Shown here piece by piece: positions 63,788-64,000 of a stretch of DNA of 64,000 nt (position 1 is the stretch's first letter; the number at the start of each line of letters is the position of its first letter). Source of the DNA: an uncultured virus (IMG/VR IMGVR_UViG_3300034072_000228) (Duplodnaviria; Heunggongvirae; Uroviricota; Caudoviricetes); IMG/VR virus record IMGVR_UViG_3300034072_000228; one strand, written 5' to 3'. A model generated the notes under the pieces. It worked only from the letters and a program-made list of their open reading frames with translations. It was not told the DNA's origin and searched no databases. The translations under genes and the position numbers were made by a program.

Positions 63788-64000
63788 TTCCTTTCAGAGA
63801 GGGCATCAATTTTTGCTTCAAGCCTTGCAAAGCCAGCGTCAAAGCGTTCACAAATCTTTTCCATGTCTGCGCGAACTTCTGCGCGAGTGATGTGATCACG
63901 GGCAATTTCCTCCCGAGTTTTGTTCAATAGGATCTGGATGCGTTTCTGTTCATCTGAAGCTAGTTTCAACATAAACATCACCAGACCCACAAAGAATGAT
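63784..64000 (-). CDS. Diverged allele of the gene at 85-336 (5'-truncated by the window end)
   Basis: Colinear with 85-301; in frame, with many synonymous changes. Confidence 0.8.
   Translation of the reverse strand, partial: SFFVGLVMFMLKLASDEQKRIQILLNKTREEIARDHITRAEVRADMEKICERFDAGFARLEAKIDALSERK

Overview
The window is essentially one complete, circularly permuted genome (unit length 63,699 bp) of a tailed dsDNA phage with podovirus-like gene content. Bases 1-127 recur exactly at 63700-63826, and the sequence then continues as a diverged allele. A minus-strand morphogenesis block holds terS, a prolyl-hydroxylase, terL, portal, GroES, scaffold and major capsid, and continues across the join into tail, lysis and ejection genes (27828-64000). 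There is also a small plus-strand early block (12.0-14.7 kb), a minus-strand replication operon (14.7-22.7 kb) and a plus-strand recombination block (22.8-27.8 kb). I recognised no integrase, DNA polymerase or tRNA. The main result sits in the replication operon: a nuclease-less Nop/IS110-related gene (TasA-like) is followed, from its stop codon, by a 27-unit array of 36-nt dual-repeat units (TIGR-like guide array) and then by a ParB-like gene. A 43-bp element (22-bp palindrome plus a directional tail) occurs four times in the genome, once inside the parB-like gene, and is a candidate parS-like site. Other notable items are a 2849-aa protein with a 44-proline run in a phage that encodes a prolyl 4-hydroxylase, two free-standing homing endonucleases, two candidate structured RNAs, and short peptide motifs shared among many virion-region proteins. 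All calls come from reading the sequence and motif recognition; no searches were run.
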